Assembly: GCA_963715865.1 (NCBI GenBank)
Contig: OY970280.1
Coordinates: 1,696,001-1,760,000 of the forward strand
DNA: 64,000 nucleotides
Direction of reading: 5' to 3'
Source: Candidatus Bathyarchaeota archaeon
GTDB lineage: Archaea > Thermoproteota > Bathyarchaeia > Bathyarchaeales > Bathycorpusculaceae
Positions 63,231 to 64,000 of the stretch are shown here, piece by piece. Within the stretch, counting starts at the first letter, position 1; each line of letters opens with the position of its first letter. Under the pieces are notes generated by a model. The model did no database searches and had not been told where the DNA came from. It saw only the letters and a program-made list of their open reading frames with translations. A program made the translations under genes and the position numbers.

Positions 63231-64000
63231 TTACGCTTTTTGCTTAACTGGCGGTGCCTGCGCTGGCTCTGGCATTGGTGCACCTATAGCTTCCCTTAGA
63301 TAAGCCTTGAACGGACCAAGCTTGCCGCCGTAGTTGCCCGAGGAAATCTTGACAACACCAGGCACGCCGATTGCCGCTGTAACACCTTCTTTGATGCCCT
63401 TCTTGACCGCGTCCAAAGATAAGCCATTCATGACTATTTCATAAACGCTTGTTACGCCTTCTGGAACAACAGTGTCAGGCACAAGTGTGCGCAACGTTGG
63501 GCAGTACGGATGGTTAGTTGAAGCCTTCAGTTTGTATTTAAGTGAACCAGCTTTGCTTCCTGCACGGCAAACTCCCCCTGGAAACTGCATAATTACGTCG
63601 GGAGCATTTGCGCGGATTGCGTCAGCTGCTGCTTCAGCCGCTTTCAATCCTGATGGCTGATCTTTCGCAAAAATCATAAAGTTGCCGCCTGCAACCGCTT
63701 CCATGGCACCGAAGCCGTTTTCAACTATGAAATTGCCTTCCATAACTGGGATTTTCCAGCATTTTCTTCCTCCAACCATGGCTTTTTTCTGGAAGCCATC
63801 ACCGAAATAGCGTAGGCTGTTGCCAACGTCTAAGGTTCTTTTGCTCTTATCCAAGCCGTTGAAGGCTGCGGTTGTTGGGCAAGTCAAAGTGCATTGACCG
63901 ATACGCTCCATGAGTTGGCGCTTGAGTTCAAAGCGGTCACGATTATAAATTTGAATAAGGATTCCAGGTCGTTTGTCAGGTGTCTGGTCTGCTGGAACAG
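63231..64000 (-). CDS. ftr: Formylmethanofuran-H4MPT N-formyltransferase (5' end beyond the window)
   Basis: TPDKRPG, RIGQC, GGNF, ASTNH, GNYGGKLG. Confidence 0.95.
   Translation of the reverse strand, partial: VPADQTPDKRPGILIQIYNRDRFELKRQLMERIGQCTLTCPTTAAFNGLDKSKRTLDVGNSLRYFGDGFQKKAMVGGRKCWKIPVMEGNFIVENGFGAMEAVAGGNFMIFAKDQPSGLKAAEAAADAIRANAPDVIMQFPGGVCRAGSKAGSLKYKLKASTNHPYCPTLRTLVPDTVVPEGVTSVYEIVMNGLSLDAVKKGIKEGVTAAIGVPGVVKISSGNYGGKLGPFKAYLREAIGAPMPEPAQAPPVKQKA

Noticed and set aside
1-64000. CRISPR array
   Set aside because: No run of equal-length repeats with unique spacers. The tRNA-derived and TGTACGTAGTAA repeats have irregular spacing, and no cas genes are present.
126-64000. Many ORF-track entries antisense to or nested in clear genes (e.g. 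126-536, 4685-5131, 16347-16766, 19714-20178, 27686-28063, 29313-29873, 57235-57837)
   Set aside because: Shadow frames with no motifs or SD, fully overlapping well-supported genes.

Overview
Archaeal chromosomal window, most likely class Bathyarchaeia (inferred from ftr, eukaryote-like topoisomerase IB, aRF1, TBP, Alba, a Cren7-like protein, a PEF-CTERM secreted protein and GGTGA/GGAGG ribosome-binding sites). Bases 1 to ~23.9 kb are the right part of an integrated head-tail (siphovirus-like) provirus on the minus strand. It has an early module (HerA-like ATPase, wHTH/Rep-like protein, hairpin origin candidate), TerS/TerL, portal, protease-scaffold, cement, HK97 capsid protein, a Ser-Gly repeat spike, neck and tail tube. 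A glycosyltransferase/methyltransferase/radical SAM cluster sits inside the structural operon. The rest is host DNA (LLM oxidoreductase, ilvD, leuA/cimA, Mrp, dehydratase, tRNA-Ala, P-type ATPase, split topIB, aRF1, ftr) interspersed with accessory DNA. Main signals: (1) a probable virus-encoded virion-glycosylation system; (2) a viral inverted-repeat element (12-mer TGTACGTAGTAA) with a compacted orphan copy 32 kb away in host DNA; (3) an integrase-less cassette array built on repeated tRNA-Ala 3' ends, carrying Cren7/TBP/SSB/Alba paralogues and HicBA, whose att-adjacent motif recurs at the provirus end; (4) toxin-antitoxin cassettes bracketed by diverged copies of a neighbouring gene's 3' end; (5) a possible glutaminyl-cyclase Q-rule for secreted proteins. 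All family assignments come from motif recognition by eye; no searches were run. About nine single-base disruptions occur, so some pseudogene calls may be consensus errors.
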